Source of the DNA: Eledone cirrhosa
Taxonomy: Eukaryota
Assembly: GCA_964016885.1 (NCBI GenBank)
Contig: OZ024740.1
Location: forward strand, 408,022,001-408,086,000
Direction: 5' to 3'
Length of the DNA stretch: 64,000 nt
Shown here piece by piece: positions 51,901 through 64,000 of this stretch (within the stretch, counting starts at the first letter, position 1; every line of letters starts with the position of its first letter). Below the pieces are notes generated by a model. It did not search any database. It worked only from the letters and a program-made list of their open reading frames with translations, and was not told the origin of the DNA. Both the position numbers and the translations under genes were made by a program.

Positions 51901-52960
51901 CATCATCATCATCATTTTACGTCCGCTTTTCCCTGCTTGGAAGGGTTGGACAGGTCCTATTCAGCATCTCTCCACTTGTCACGGTCCTTCGTCATCTCCT
52001 CGGTGAGTTTCAGCGATATGAGGTTTGCTCTCACCACCTCTGCCCATGTTTTTCGTGGTCTTCCTCTACTGCATCTTCCCTCCACTGGGACTTCCTGGCA
52101 CTTCTTTACCCAGCGGTCATCCTCCATGCGCATCACATGTCCATACCATCTCAGCCTTTTCTCCCGCACACCACAACTTATCCCTCTTATACCCAGTTTC
52201 TTTCTCAACTCGTCTATGCTTGTTGGTCATTCACGCACATTGGCATTGTACATCCAATGGAGCATACTTGCTTCATTTCTCTCCAGCCATCACATATCTT
52301 CTGCAGTTGCTGCCCATGTCTCACTACCATGTAGCATCGGGCATCTCACACAGGCATCATATAACCGTCCTTTCATACGCAGGGAAAAACCCTTCTTTGT
52401 CAACAGAGGAAGCAGCTCTCTAAACTTCTTCCAACCCGTCCTTATTCTAGATACTATGGCCTCGGAACACCCCCCTCCCATGCTAATCTGATTACCTAGG
52501 TACCGGAAGCTATCCATCACTTCTATAGAACCCACCTGCATTGGAAAAATGTGTCTATCACTGTGATTACTACTGCCAACTTTCCCTGTACATCTACTGC
52601 ATACGTAGTTTTCCCTACCTGTTAGTTTGCCTGCTATCCGACTACATCTCTTGTGTACCCAAGATCTGCATTGCGTACATTTTATGGAATTTATGCCAGT
52701 TCCTTTCCTACATATCAAACATGGCCATTTCCCTGATGGAATCAGAGTATTGTCCTCTCTTCTACTTATCAACACTTTTGTCTTAGCTATGTTCACTCTC
52801 AGGCCTCTTGATTCCAACTGCTGTTTCCATAGCCAGAATTTATTCTCTAGCTCCTCTACTGATTCTGCTATAAGAACCAGATCATCAGCATAGGGAAGTT
52901 CCCATGGGCAGCCAGTCTTAAACTCCTCTGTTATGGCTTAGAGGACTATAATGAACAAAA
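51901..52960 (-). mobile_element. 5'-truncated RTE LINE
   Basis: GCPWELPYADDL...SGKWPCLIC...HGSETW...RLRWYGHV...RGRPRKTW; (GAT)n tail. Confidence 0.9.
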
Positions 52961-53146
52961 GCGGTAAATTGGCAGTATTGCTAGAGGGTCGGATGCCATG
53001 CTTTGCAGCATTGAGTTACGGCCCTTTGCAGTCTGGGTTCAAATCCTGCCGAGGTTAACTTTGCCTTTCATCCTTACGGGGTCGATAAAATAAAGTACCA
53101 GTAATGTACCAGTAATGGCCTTGTGCCAAAAGTAGAAACAATTATT
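52961..53146 (+). mobile_element. SINE family A
   Basis: Head, core and tail match. Confidence 0.85.
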
Positions 53147-54904
53147 ATATATATACACACACACACACACACGATTCTCCATCCGGGAGGGAGGCGGGTA
53201 TACATGCTTGCATTGGTTGATTTTCCTTTTCTATTTATCTAACTACTCGTAAACTGCCTATTCAGATATTGTTTTACAATATATTTCATTCATTTGTGAC
53301 ATATTTTGTTTTCTCTCCTCAATTCTAGTGTTATATTAGCCAAATCTGTGACATAGTTTGGAAAACATTTGGGTTTATTGCCTTTCAATTGGTCCTGCTT
53401 GGATTTATGATTTGCAGATATGTTAAACAATGATTTGTAGTTTGTAAGAATGCCTGTAAATAATGTATATGCATTTTAACTTAGATTTAATCCAATCAAA
53501 GTTAGAGAAGTGTATAAAAATTAGTTGCATAAGTTAAAAGTTGTGTAGTCTTCATATAGTAGAAATTCAACATTTAACACTACCAGATTTATTTAACTGT
53601 ATAGTAAGCTTGGTATAGTAGTCACTCTCACTAAATCACTAGAGTATATTTGAACATCCCATTTGAATTGACAAAGGTAAAATAATAATAATCTTCTTCT
53701 TCTTCTTCTTCTTCTTCTCCTTCTCCTTCTCCTCCTCCTCCCTTCAATTTTATTCATTGCTCTTGACTAAACCATCAGCACAAAAGTTGATTATGATTAT
53801 TTTGTTTTTATATATTTCATATAATAGGCAGATCCATTAAAACGTCAGATAGAATGCTTTGCTGTATTCGTTCCACCGCTCTGTGTTCAAATCCCACTGA
53901 GGCCAACTTTGCTTTTCTTCCATTCGAGATCAATAAAAAATGTACTAGTCAAGTACTGGGCTCGATTTTCCCTCTATATATCTTTCTTACTGCCATTCTC
54001 TCACTCTTTATCCTTCTCTGAAAGAAGTCTGCCATATTCAGACCTGGATAGGATTGGACTTTGCTAGGTTTAAGAATGCCCTAGAAAGGCTGTATGTCAA
54101 AATAGTGCCCCTACGACACCTTCCTTCAGATTGCTGGCCTTGTGCCTAAATCAGAAACCATTATTATTGGTTTTCAGGAAGTGCAGTTATGTTTACATCT
54201 GTTCTCTCCTTATCATTTAGATATTACCATAGTTTTCAGAAATTGGAAAATATTTTTATACATTGTGTCATGTAAGCCTGTTTACAAGTCAAGCAAGGTT
54301 TATTTATTAAGTCACGCTCTATTTAAAATAAAGAATTTTTTTTCTTATATATTAGATATATGACGTCATTGGATATTACCACCTTTTTCAGAAATTGGAT
54401 GATATATTTACATTTTTACTTACTGTGCTGCATAACCCCATTTTATAAGGCAAGTAGAGATTATTTCATTTATTTTTGAATACTTTTTATTGATAACTTT
54501 GAACTGTGTTTAAGTTTGTCTTGATATGCAATCGTAAGAAGTCAATGAGAAAATATACACCAAAAGAAAACAAGCGTTCTTGCATATGCCAAATGGAAAG
54601 ACATGAACAAGTCTTATGTCTATTTTAGAAATTATTATCATCATTATTGTTGTTGTTGTTATGATGTTCTAAAGTCCTGTCTTTCAATTTATGTTGTTGC
54701 TTTAACATGTTTCATTGGATAATTATAATTCATATTAGGGAAATTCTATATATTCACACAATGTACATACATTCAGTGTTTGTATGGAATGGAAGAAGTT
54801 GTTTGGGATTGTATGTAGCTTACTTTCATATATTTTTTATGTAAGAAATATTTATAAAAATGTGTGTACTTGCTGAAATAAATATTGCTTGCAGACAAGT
54901 TTTT

Positions 54905-55260
54905 TTTTTTATGTGGCTACAGCAATACAAATAGAACATTAAATATAAGAAATAACAATAAAAAAGGTTTTGAAATGTTACCTTGGAAATCTATAATTAG
55001 TCTTTTATATTCCTAGGTGTGCGTGGGGGTGAATATTCCCATGTCAAAATCTTTAAGGAACTAAGGTAGTACTGAGAACTGTGTTTGCTTACTATGGTGG
55101 CATGCTGAATTATTTAAGTTCCTTAAACCTTTTGACAAAAGGATAGTTCTTGAAATATAAAGTATCAGTCAAATATTTCCAAGGTAGCATTTCAATATCT
55201 TTGTTGTTATTTTTGATACTTACTGTTCTATTTTCATGTCTGTAGTCTTATTAAAAACCG
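54905..55260. repeat. Old imperfect long palindrome (fold-back or MITE-like)
   Basis: TTGAAATGTTACCTTGGAAAT pairs with ATTTCCAAGGTAGCATTTCAA; TTTAAGGAACT pairs with AGTTCCTTAAA; AAATAGAACA pairs with TGTTCTATTT. Confidence 0.7.
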
Positions 55261-56460
55261 TTTTCTATATTTTCACTATGCTTCAAGTAAACTACAACAC
55301 CCTTCTATCCTTACACCTGACCTATTTTCTGCAGACTTGAAAGAGTATTATTCTGCTGAAATGTTTATCTCCGGGTCGATTTCTTTTTTCATTACTCAGC
55401 ACAGTTTTATTCACATCCTTATTATGATAAGCACTTTTATGGCCTAATAGTTTTATCTGTAGATATTTATATTTAGGCATTTGTTTCAATATCTTTGATT
55501 GATGTGTTTTCAACATATTAGTTAAAGTATACATTTTCTTTTAATAATGATTTTATGTTTATTGTGCTGTCAGTTTGCCATGGAACTTCCCTCAATTGCT
55601 GATTTAGTTAACTGTAATGCCCAGTTGAAAATGATATAATTTGCCAGCCTGGCTGCTGTTTCTATGTGAATATTCACTCTTGTCTTCTTCAAGACAACCA
55701 TTATGTGAGTGATTATTTCTTTAAATTCTCTACATCTTCACATCCTTTTAAAATTAATTTGCATGATAATCAATAACTCAATCAAGTTTCTGTAATTGAT
55801 ACAGTCATTGTGATGTCATTCTAGATGTTTGACTGTGTATCCATCTTGGCATTTCAGTGGGTCTTAGAAATGCTTGGCAGTGCTTATTTCCTCTCCAAGC
55901 ATTCAGTCCCTCATCAAGTTTAGCTTGCCAGCAGAAGTAGGTATTGCGGTGTAGCTGTAAAATATCCCAGGGCCAGAAGTGAGAGTCAGGTGAGAACAAG
56001 TGTATCTGTTCACCCTTAAAAATGCCACTGCTAGGTATCAAGGTATTATTTCTACCCAAATACACTGGATTTGACATGTTTCTTCAAATCCTGGATGATG
56101 GTACATCCAGTATTGAAATAATGTTTCTGCAAAACACTTCATTTTATTTTCAAAGAAACAGTAAAAAGCGCTATTTCTAGTATTAAAATAACTTCTCTTT
56201 AAACCATTTCTCTCTACTTTCAAAGAGACAGTTGGTAATGGTACAACCGGTATTGCAGTAATGTCTCTTTAAATTCACTCGCTTTTCAAAAGAACTTTAT
56301 ATAATGCATGATAAATCATAAATAAGGTGGGTCAGCATTTCAATATGAAAGGCAATCATCTAATATGTGCAGGAAAGATAACTTAATTGTAAGAAATGTG
56401 ATGTAAATGGATAATATCTCCTAAAGGAAAAATTACTGTATACTTTATATCTGGATAAGT

Positions 56461-56688
56461 TTAACCCTTTAGCATTTAAACCAGCCATATCTGGCCAGAA
56501 TTGTCTCACCTCTTTCTGTTCAAGCCGGCAATAACTGGTCACTGATACTAATTTTAAGGTATTCTTCTTCAAATAAAGAATATCAAAATCTCATAGATTC
56601 GATATTATATGAGATATTATATAAGATAAAGCCTTTACTGTGAAAATACAATAGTATATACAGAATAATTTAAATGTTAAAGGGTTAA
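56461..56688 (+). mobile_element. piggyBac-type MITE family 1
   Basis: TTAA flanks and TIRs. Confidence 0.85.
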
Positions 56689-57027
56689 GGAAGATATGCA
56701 AAAAAATGGTGAGATTAGATTTCAGAATTGTGAGCCTCATGAGTAAGATGTCACAGGATTGAGTAGAGATGTGTTGTGCTGTATACATAGTCAACCCAGG
56801 GCAACATGAAAACATAAGTGTTAAAATGATGCTGAGAATAGAGATAGTGATGCTGAGCTACATATTGAAGTTCTTTTTTTTCTGTTTCTGTATAAATTGT
56901 CTCAGGTGGTTGTTTCTAATAACTTGTTTATTTCTTCTCTTGGATTATTTTTAACCAAGGAGTGGTTTATTCATTATTATTTCTCTTTACATCACATTCT
57001 TTCATTTTGCTTCTTGTCTTTTAACAG

Positions 57028-57070
57028 GTGTGTTCACTGTAACACCCAATTAGCTTCTACCTATGCCTAA
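57028..57070 (+). CDS. Candidate terminal coding exon (xCVHCNTQLASTYA*), CxxC motif
   Basis: Long polypyrimidine tract plus TTAACAG acceptor; short frame ending in TAA; no upstream exons found. Confidence 0.25.
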
Positions 57071-58027
57071 ACTTCAGCTATACAAATGCTGTTGCTTATT
57101 TAGGAAAGAAGCTTCAAGTTTTTCATATTTCTCTATTAATTGCATCAGTTTTTGTGGTTTTTCTCATAGGTATTCATTTGAAGGCATTCTAATTGAGACA
57201 GATTTATTATTGGCTACTGTTTGTGTTAAATATCTGTCACTATTATCTGTCATCTTCATCATTTGTGTTTTTCATAGTGTAATGTTTTTCCTTTTTTGTT
57301 CATACTCTTGTAATGAGAATGTTGCTGTTATAACAGTAGTGAATTAACAGAATTTCTAAGAGCGTCAGACAAATTACTTTACATTATTCATTCTGATATT
57401 TTTTTAAAGTTCTGAGTTCAGTTTCTACTGTGGCCAACTTTCCCTTTCATTCTTCCAGTGTTTATAAAATAAAGTATTAGTCAAGTACTTGAGTGATTAT
57501 TTCAACTCCTCACTCAAATTACTGGCCTCATGTCTAAATTGTTGTTGCTGTTGTTTGGATTAAATGGGAATTATTTTTTGTCCTTTCTCCTGTTAAGGTT
57601 TTTCTATATTGTTCATAGCTGTCCTCATTTTGTGTGAACACTTTCTAGATAATTCCTGCTGACCCAATTAAGCATCTACTTTTTTGCACCACATCCATTC
57701 TCAGATTCAGGTATAGCTTTCAAGGTTTACTTTGAAATTCTTTGTCATGGTTTCAAAAGCAAATTGGCAGATTTGTTAGACTGTCAGATAAAAATGCATT
57801 GTAGTATTTATTCCAGCTCTTTACATTCTGAGTTCAACTTTGCCTTTCATCCTTCAGAAGTTGATGTAATAAAGTGCTAATCAAGAACTGAGGTCAGGTT
57901 GATTTAATCAGCTTTCCTCCCCAGCCCTTCAAATAACTGACCATTAGATTAAGTTGTAATAACCTCACTAATTAATTGCTATGTTATTCAACTATCAATA
58001 CAGTAATTAATTATTGGATATATTATG

Positions 58028-58218
58028 GCGGTGGATTGGCAGTGTCGGTAGAGGGTTGGATGCTATGCCTTGACGCATAGAGTTACGGCCCTTGCCATTC
58101 TGAGTTCAAATCCCGCCGAGGTTAACTTTGCCTTTCATCCTTACGGGGTTGATAAAATAAGGTACCAGTAACACACTGGGTAATTGCTGGCCTTGTGCCA
58201 AAAGTAGAAACAATTATT
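58028..58218 (+). mobile_element. SINE family A, full length
   Basis: ATTATTGGATATATT duplication. Confidence 0.9.
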
Positions 58219-59002
58219 GGATATATTCTCCCATTGGGCTGGTGCCATGGCAAAAGCACCCAGTTCACCTTGTACAGTGGTAGTACTAGTGTCACAACAA
58301 CAAAAAGCACCCAGTCCACCCTGTTAAGTGGTCATACTGGTGTCATGACAAAAGGACTCAGTTCACCCTCTAAGGTAGCCATGTTGGTACCAAGACAAGA
58401 GAAACCCCCAGTCTACCTTATAAGCTGGTCGTACTGGTGCCATGACAAAAACAGCCTGTAAATTTGTAGTGGGGATGCCACAAAAAAAGCTCCCTGTACA
58501 AGCTGTAATGTGGTTGATGTTAGGAAAGGCATTCAACTTCAGAAAACTAAGCCATAAACATTAGACAACCTATCTAACCCATGCAAGCATGGAAAATAGA
58601 CATTAAATGGTGATGATGATGCTCAATTTCTTCTACAACACTTGGAACACGAACTATAAATAATAATTTAGAAAAAATACATTTGTAAATGACAAATATT
58701 TGCATAATGTGCCAATTATAATCCCAAATGAAAATATTCTAGAAGAAAAGTATTTAAAGAACAAAATTACTCATTAACCAAACTAATTATATTCGCAATT
58801 ACCACTGCAATAAATTTAATCACCATTTATTTACGTTTTTTAAACTGCAAATATATTTTATTATGTCTATAAGATAAATCTTCCATTTAAAGCTACAAAT
58901 AGATGTCTTATAAGAATGTTTATTTTTATCATTTTTTTCTAACATATATTTTGGGGATTGGTTTTATATAAATAAAACAAAAATATGCAAGAATAAAAGT
59001 AT

Positions 59003-59311
59003 TTAACCCTTCCATGCCCATATTTATAAAGAAAATTAATGTAAAATTTTGAGGGATTCATTAAAATTATTAATTATTTCATCTCTAAGATTATAACTTC
59101 TTTTTTTTTAATATTGAGTTTTATTTATTTGTTTATACAGATATATAAAAGGAAAAAAACTTAACATGTGGTTCATCATCATCATCATCATTTAACGTCT
59201 ATCTACCACGCTAGCATGGGTTTAGAATGGGTTCTCATATAAAATTATTTTGGAAGATTTTTTGCATAGAACTAGAGCTGGCTTTAGCTGGATTGGTATC
59301 AAAAGAGTTAA
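59003..59311 (-). mobile_element. piggyBac-type MITE family 2, interrupted
   Basis: TTAACCCTT ... GGTATCAAAAGAGTTAA. Confidence 0.6.
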
Positions 59312-60947
59312 AGAACAGAATTACTTATTTATGAAACTATTTACATTCATGATTAACTCTTTGATATCTTTTTTATTGGGTAATCTTACTGGATACATTG
59401 CATGGTTAAAAATGAAACTAACAATAATTACTTGTTTTTTTTTAATTAATGAAACAAGTTGTTAGTCATATTTTAGCTTCAAAGTTAACTAAATGTAATA
59501 CAAATAATAAAATGAAATTATTTTCTATATACATGAAATGTTAAGTATATTTTGTCTGTGAGGATGAAAAATTCACAAATGCAAACTGGATAACTTTTAA
59601 TGCCATGCACAATTTAAAAAAAAATCTATATATCTTTGCATTTGTAATATAATTTTCATCCTTGGAAACAAAATATACAGTTTATGTATATGTAAAGTTA
59701 ATCTGATTTTAAAAGCATATGCTAAAAATAACTGTGGCAAGATATTAGAGATTACATAGAATAGAGTGGTCCTTCTTAGCCTTTGGTGGATGAGACAAGC
59801 TGTCTAGTAATTACTGTCCCAATGGAAGCACACTCAGTACCTCCCAGAAAAGTGGTTATGAGCAAACCAAGACAACATCAGTTGGAGAAGACTTAACAAT
59901 CTCTCTAGTGTTGTTGCCATGATAAAGTACACCCAGTAGACTGGAAAGTGGTTGGCATTAAGAAGTAGATCCAGCCATAGAAACCATGTCAAAATATGCA
60001 ATGCATGAGCAAGACATGCTTCTGTGACCTGTCTAATTTTGGATTGCAATGGCCCATCCAACCCATGCCAGTATGGAAAACAAACTTAAAGTGATAATGA
60101 TGATGATGATGATGATGTGTATTATGAAAAAAACATTTAGTTAGCTTAGAAATATTCACACTAATACAACAACAAGCAGCATTTTAAGGTCATTTTCCAC
60201 ACCTAACCTGGTATGGATTGAATGGGTCAGTGGCTTTGAACTTCACAGATGAGATGATAGAAGAGAAAGACATGAAGAAAAGTAGTTTTTCGTAACCATC
60301 CAACCTATAGTAATATGGAGCATAACATGTTATTGCAGTAATGATGTTGATGATGATGATTATGTTGTTTGGTTATTACATTAATACAATTATTCAGCTA
60401 ATGTGATTTCCTGAGTAATGTCAGAAGTAGTTTATTTTTTCAGTTATAAGCAGATAAAAAATGCTCTTAATTAGTTGAGAAAATACAGTGTTTAAGTTGA
60501 TTAGTAATACAAAGTTTATTTTCTTTAACATATTTTCCTACCAATTATTTCTTCATTTCATTTCTTATTGATTTTGTTTGGTGTGTTGTAAGAAAATGTG
60601 CTGTCAATTGTTTCAAATAATTGATTCATATTTGGTTTTTAACCCTTAACGTCCTTTATTACATGAAACCACATTAACAAGATGTTCTTGAAAAGTATAA
60701 AACAACAATATTACTGCATCACACTAAAAATCAAAGTTTTTAGTTTACTACAAATTTTCATATGTTAACTTGTCAATAGGTTTTCATTTCATTCATCTTG
60801 AACATTTGTCTTACTTTCATGGTTTCATGAAGTCACTATAGCTTCTGCCTTATTCATCCAATGAAAATGTTCTGTTGTGCTATGACAGTGTTTATTATAG
60901 AAACATAGATACATTCTTACTATAAATCATGATTCCTATATTTAGCA

Positions 60948-61160
60948 TCAATATCTAAGGCACATAAACTTAGAATACCAGTTATAGCTATAATACAAGG
61001 ATGAGTGACAGAAATATGGCAGGTATGTAGGAAACAACATTCTCCTAGTTTTCAATTTCTCATACTGGGGTGGGGGAGGAGTTATAGCATCTAACTCTTC
61101 TCTTTCTTCACAGACATTAGCACACTTTTGAGTTAGTTCCTTAAGAAGCACATCAACATC
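60948..61160 (-). CDS. Candidate exon, product unknown
   Basis: T-rich tract plus TTCCCATCAG acceptor, then open frame DVDVLLKELTQKCANVCEEREELDAITPPPPQYEKLK... Confidence 0.25.
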   Translation of the reverse strand, partial: DVDVLLKELTQKCANVCEEREELDAITPPPPQYEKLKTRRMLFPTYLPYFCHSSLYYSYNWYSKFMCLRY

Positions 61161-61751
61161 CTGATGGGAAAGTTCATTTAAAAAAAAAAAAATTAATAGG
61201 TACATTTGCATTCACTACCTCCAAAATATATTTTTCATTGAGGTAAATGTTCATTATAAAATAAAGTACCAGTAATGTACTGGGTAATTGCTGGCCTTGT
61301 GCCTAAAGTAGAAACAATTATTTCAAAGATGTTAATTTGAATGATAGTCTTAACAAACAAACAAAAAAGTTAGCTGTCAAAAGGAAGAAAAAGAAAAAAA
61401 ATTATGAGAAAATTATTCCTCTTTTCCTCAGAAGATATGCCATTAAAACAGGGAAGCTCAAAAGCATGTTAACATGTTTCACATAACCTGCACATTTTCA
61501 ATTAAAGAACAGCATATACCTTCAATAGGATATTAATAGTTTGAAAATATGTAACTTGGTTTACCTAAGTTTCATTATTAGCTGGAATACATTCAAATAA
61601 GAAAACAGAATGAAGAAGAAAACCAAACTTCTATTCACTGTTCAATTGAAACTTTCCTCACTTAGTGTAATAATCCATTCATCTTTTCATACTAGACAGA
61701 ATATTCAGAAAAAAAAAATCCTCCATTTTAATTTTTATAACTTGTCTTTGA

Positions 61752-61802
<51 letters not shown>

Positions 61803-62332
61803 TGTATGTATATACACACACACACACACACGTGTGTGTGTGTGTTTATATCATTTATTCATGAGGTTATGTTCAATCATCATTGAATTATCTTCACAAT
61901 GTTTATATTCATGTTTAGAATTAATTGTGAGAAAAACTGTGAAATATCTGTTAGTAAAAGAAGTTTGTACATTACCATGTTTGGAGGTATTCTTACCTGG
62001 AAATGAAAAAGAAAAGTATAAATAAGTATTAAAAGTATAAATGTAAAACAGTCATGAAAATAACATATAACAAATATGCAACAGACACACATAGACACAC
62101 ACATATATATATATATACATACATACACACACATATATATATACATACACACACATATATGTAATAAATATTTATGCTTAAACAGAGAACATATTAATAT
62201 ATTCAAAGATTCGGGGTAAACTTAATGGAGATATACCTACTGTTTTTTAATTAGAAGTTTTAACTGTGAAAAAGGACTAACTGTGAAGTGTAAACACTTT
62301 CAGCTATTCTTGTGTATGCAGAAAAAACATCC

Positions 62333-62396
62333 AGAGGTTATTCTTATGCCTTCATTTCAGTAATTCTTGTTGTATCATCAGAGAATAACTACCTCT
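62333..62396 (-). ncRNA. Minimal type I hammerhead motif (AUA triplet, weak stem II)
   Basis: Minus strand: GTTATTCT-CTGATGA-TACAACAAGAATTACT-GAAA-TGAAGGC-ATA-AGAATAAC; 8-bp stem I. Confidence 0.6.
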
Positions 62397-63028
62397 ATAA
62401 TTCTATGTAAGGCGGCAAATTGGCAAAGTCATTATGACGTCGGATAGAATGCTTTACGGTATTCGTCCCACCTCATTGCACACTCTAAATTCAAATCCCT
62501 CCATGGTCAACTTTGCCTTATATCCTTTCACTGTCGATAGAAAGGCACCAGTCCAGTACTGGGGCTGATTCTTCCTCTATAGAAAAAATCGGCTGTGTTC
62601 AGACCTGCAGAGGGTTGGGCTCTGCCAAGTTTAAAAGTGCCCTAGACATGCCATATGACAGTGCCTCTATGACTCTACAAGGAGTTATGGATAATTCTAT
62701 GTATAGGAATTGCCTGACACGGTCCGTCTAACTTGCAAGACATGCATGCTCTTGGTGGCGCATCATGCAAATTTGACAATTTCAAGCATTTGCATCATCA
62801 TCATCATCATCATCGTCACACCGTTTAACGTCCATTTCTCCACACTAGCATGGGTTAGACGAGTTGTCCTGTTGTGAGTATTGTTAGGTCAGGTGATCAT
62901 TTCTTGCTCATACAGAACTGATTCTATATATTCATACATACACACACACTCTCTCTCTTTCTCTCGCACACACACAGACACGCATATGTTTATATATAAA
63001 CAGAAACACAGTAACTAGAATAAGAAGA

Positions 63029-64000
63029 GGATGGAAGAAGTTTAGATAGCTATTAACCCTGTTGACAATAAAAAGGGTAGTAGCTAGGATGGAAGAAGTT
63101 TAGATAGCTATTAACCCTGTTGACAATAAAAGGGGTAGTAGCTAGGATGGAAGAAGTTTAGATAGCTATTAACCCTGTTGACAATAAAAAGGGTAGTAGC
63201 TAGGATGGAAGAAGTTTAGATAGCTATTAACCCTGTTGACAATAAAAAGGGTAGTAGCTAGGATGGAAGAAGTTTAGATAGCTATTAACCCTGTTGACAA
63301 TAAAAAGGGTAGTAGCTAGGATGGAAGAAGTTTAGATAGCTATTAACCCTGTTGACAATAAAAAGGGTAGTAGCTAGGATGGAAGAAGTTTAGATAGCTA
63401 TTAACCCTGTTGACAATAAAAAGGGTAGTAGCTAGGATGGAAGAAGTTTAGATAGCTATTAACCCTGTTGACAATAAAAAGGGTAGTAGTTAAGATGGAA
63501 GAAGTTTAGATAGCTATTAACCCTGTTGACAATAAAAGGTGTAGTAGCTAGGATGGAAGAAGTTTAGATAGCTATTAACCCTGTTGACAATAAAAAGGGT
63601 AGTAGTTAAGATGGAAGAAGTTTAGATAGCTATTAACCCTGTTGACAATAAAAGGTGTAGTAGCTAGGATGGAAGAAGTTTAGATAGCTATTAACCCTGT
63701 TGACAATAAAAAGGGTAGTAGCTAGGATGGAAGAAGTTTAGATAGCTATTAACCCTGTTGACAATAAAAAGGGTAGTAGTTAAGATGGAAGAAGTTTAGA
63801 TAGCTATTAACCCTGTTGACAATAAAAGGGGTAGTAGCTAGGATGGAAGAAGTTTAGATAGCTATTAACCCTGTTGACAATAAAAGGGGTAGTAGCTAGG
63901 ATGGAAGAAGTTTAGATAGCTATTAACCCTGTTGACAATAAAAAGGGGTAGTAGCTAGGATGGAAGAAGTTTAGATAGCTATTAACCCTGTTGACAATAA
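63029..64000 (+). repeat. 58-bp tandem satellite, about 17 units, runs off the window
   Basis: Unit GGATGGAAGAAGTTTAGATAGCTATTAACCCTGTTGACAATAAAAAGGGTAGTAGCTA. Confidence 0.97.

Noticed and set aside
52882-52890. CTGATGA on the minus strand as a hammerhead core
   Set aside because: It is the GCT GAT GAT codons of the RT YADD motif, with no stems or GAAA
55320-56350. Possible decayed non-LTR coding region on the minus strand
   Set aside because: Only vague motif resemblance; no assignable domain without a search
63029-64000. CRISPR-like array
   Set aside because: The units are contiguous near-identical repeats with no unique spacers, there are no cas genes, and the context is eukaryotic

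Overview
AT-rich, repeat-saturated eukaryotic (animal) genomic DNA. The tRNA-derived SINEs, CORE-type SINE, RTE/CR1 LINE ends and (TA)n/(CAT)n microsatellites resemble an octopus/cephalopod genome (inference). I could not identify any intact host protein-coding gene, only three weak candidate exons. The window holds many mobile-element relics: two piggyBac-type TTAA MITE families, mariner and hAT transposase fossils, non-autonomous Helitrons, RTE, CR1 and CRE-like LINE fragments, a near-intact 5'-truncated Penelope-like element (PLE), and a 58-bp satellite at the right edge. The most notable signal is at least six minimal type I hammerhead ribozyme motifs (CUGANGA...GAAA...NUH, several with short palindromic stem III). 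They lie 40-175 nt upstream of (TA)n microsatellites, three of them form a covarying AUA-triplet family, and one has a ~90-nt extended stem II. Several fold-back palindromes have their apex in or beside hammerhead remnants. Other oddities are a palindromic Helitron double head-to-tail junction, a 5'-inverted RTE LINE, and an old 3.3-kb inverted duplication that reveals empty insertion sites. All structures were read by eye; no alignment or folding software was run.
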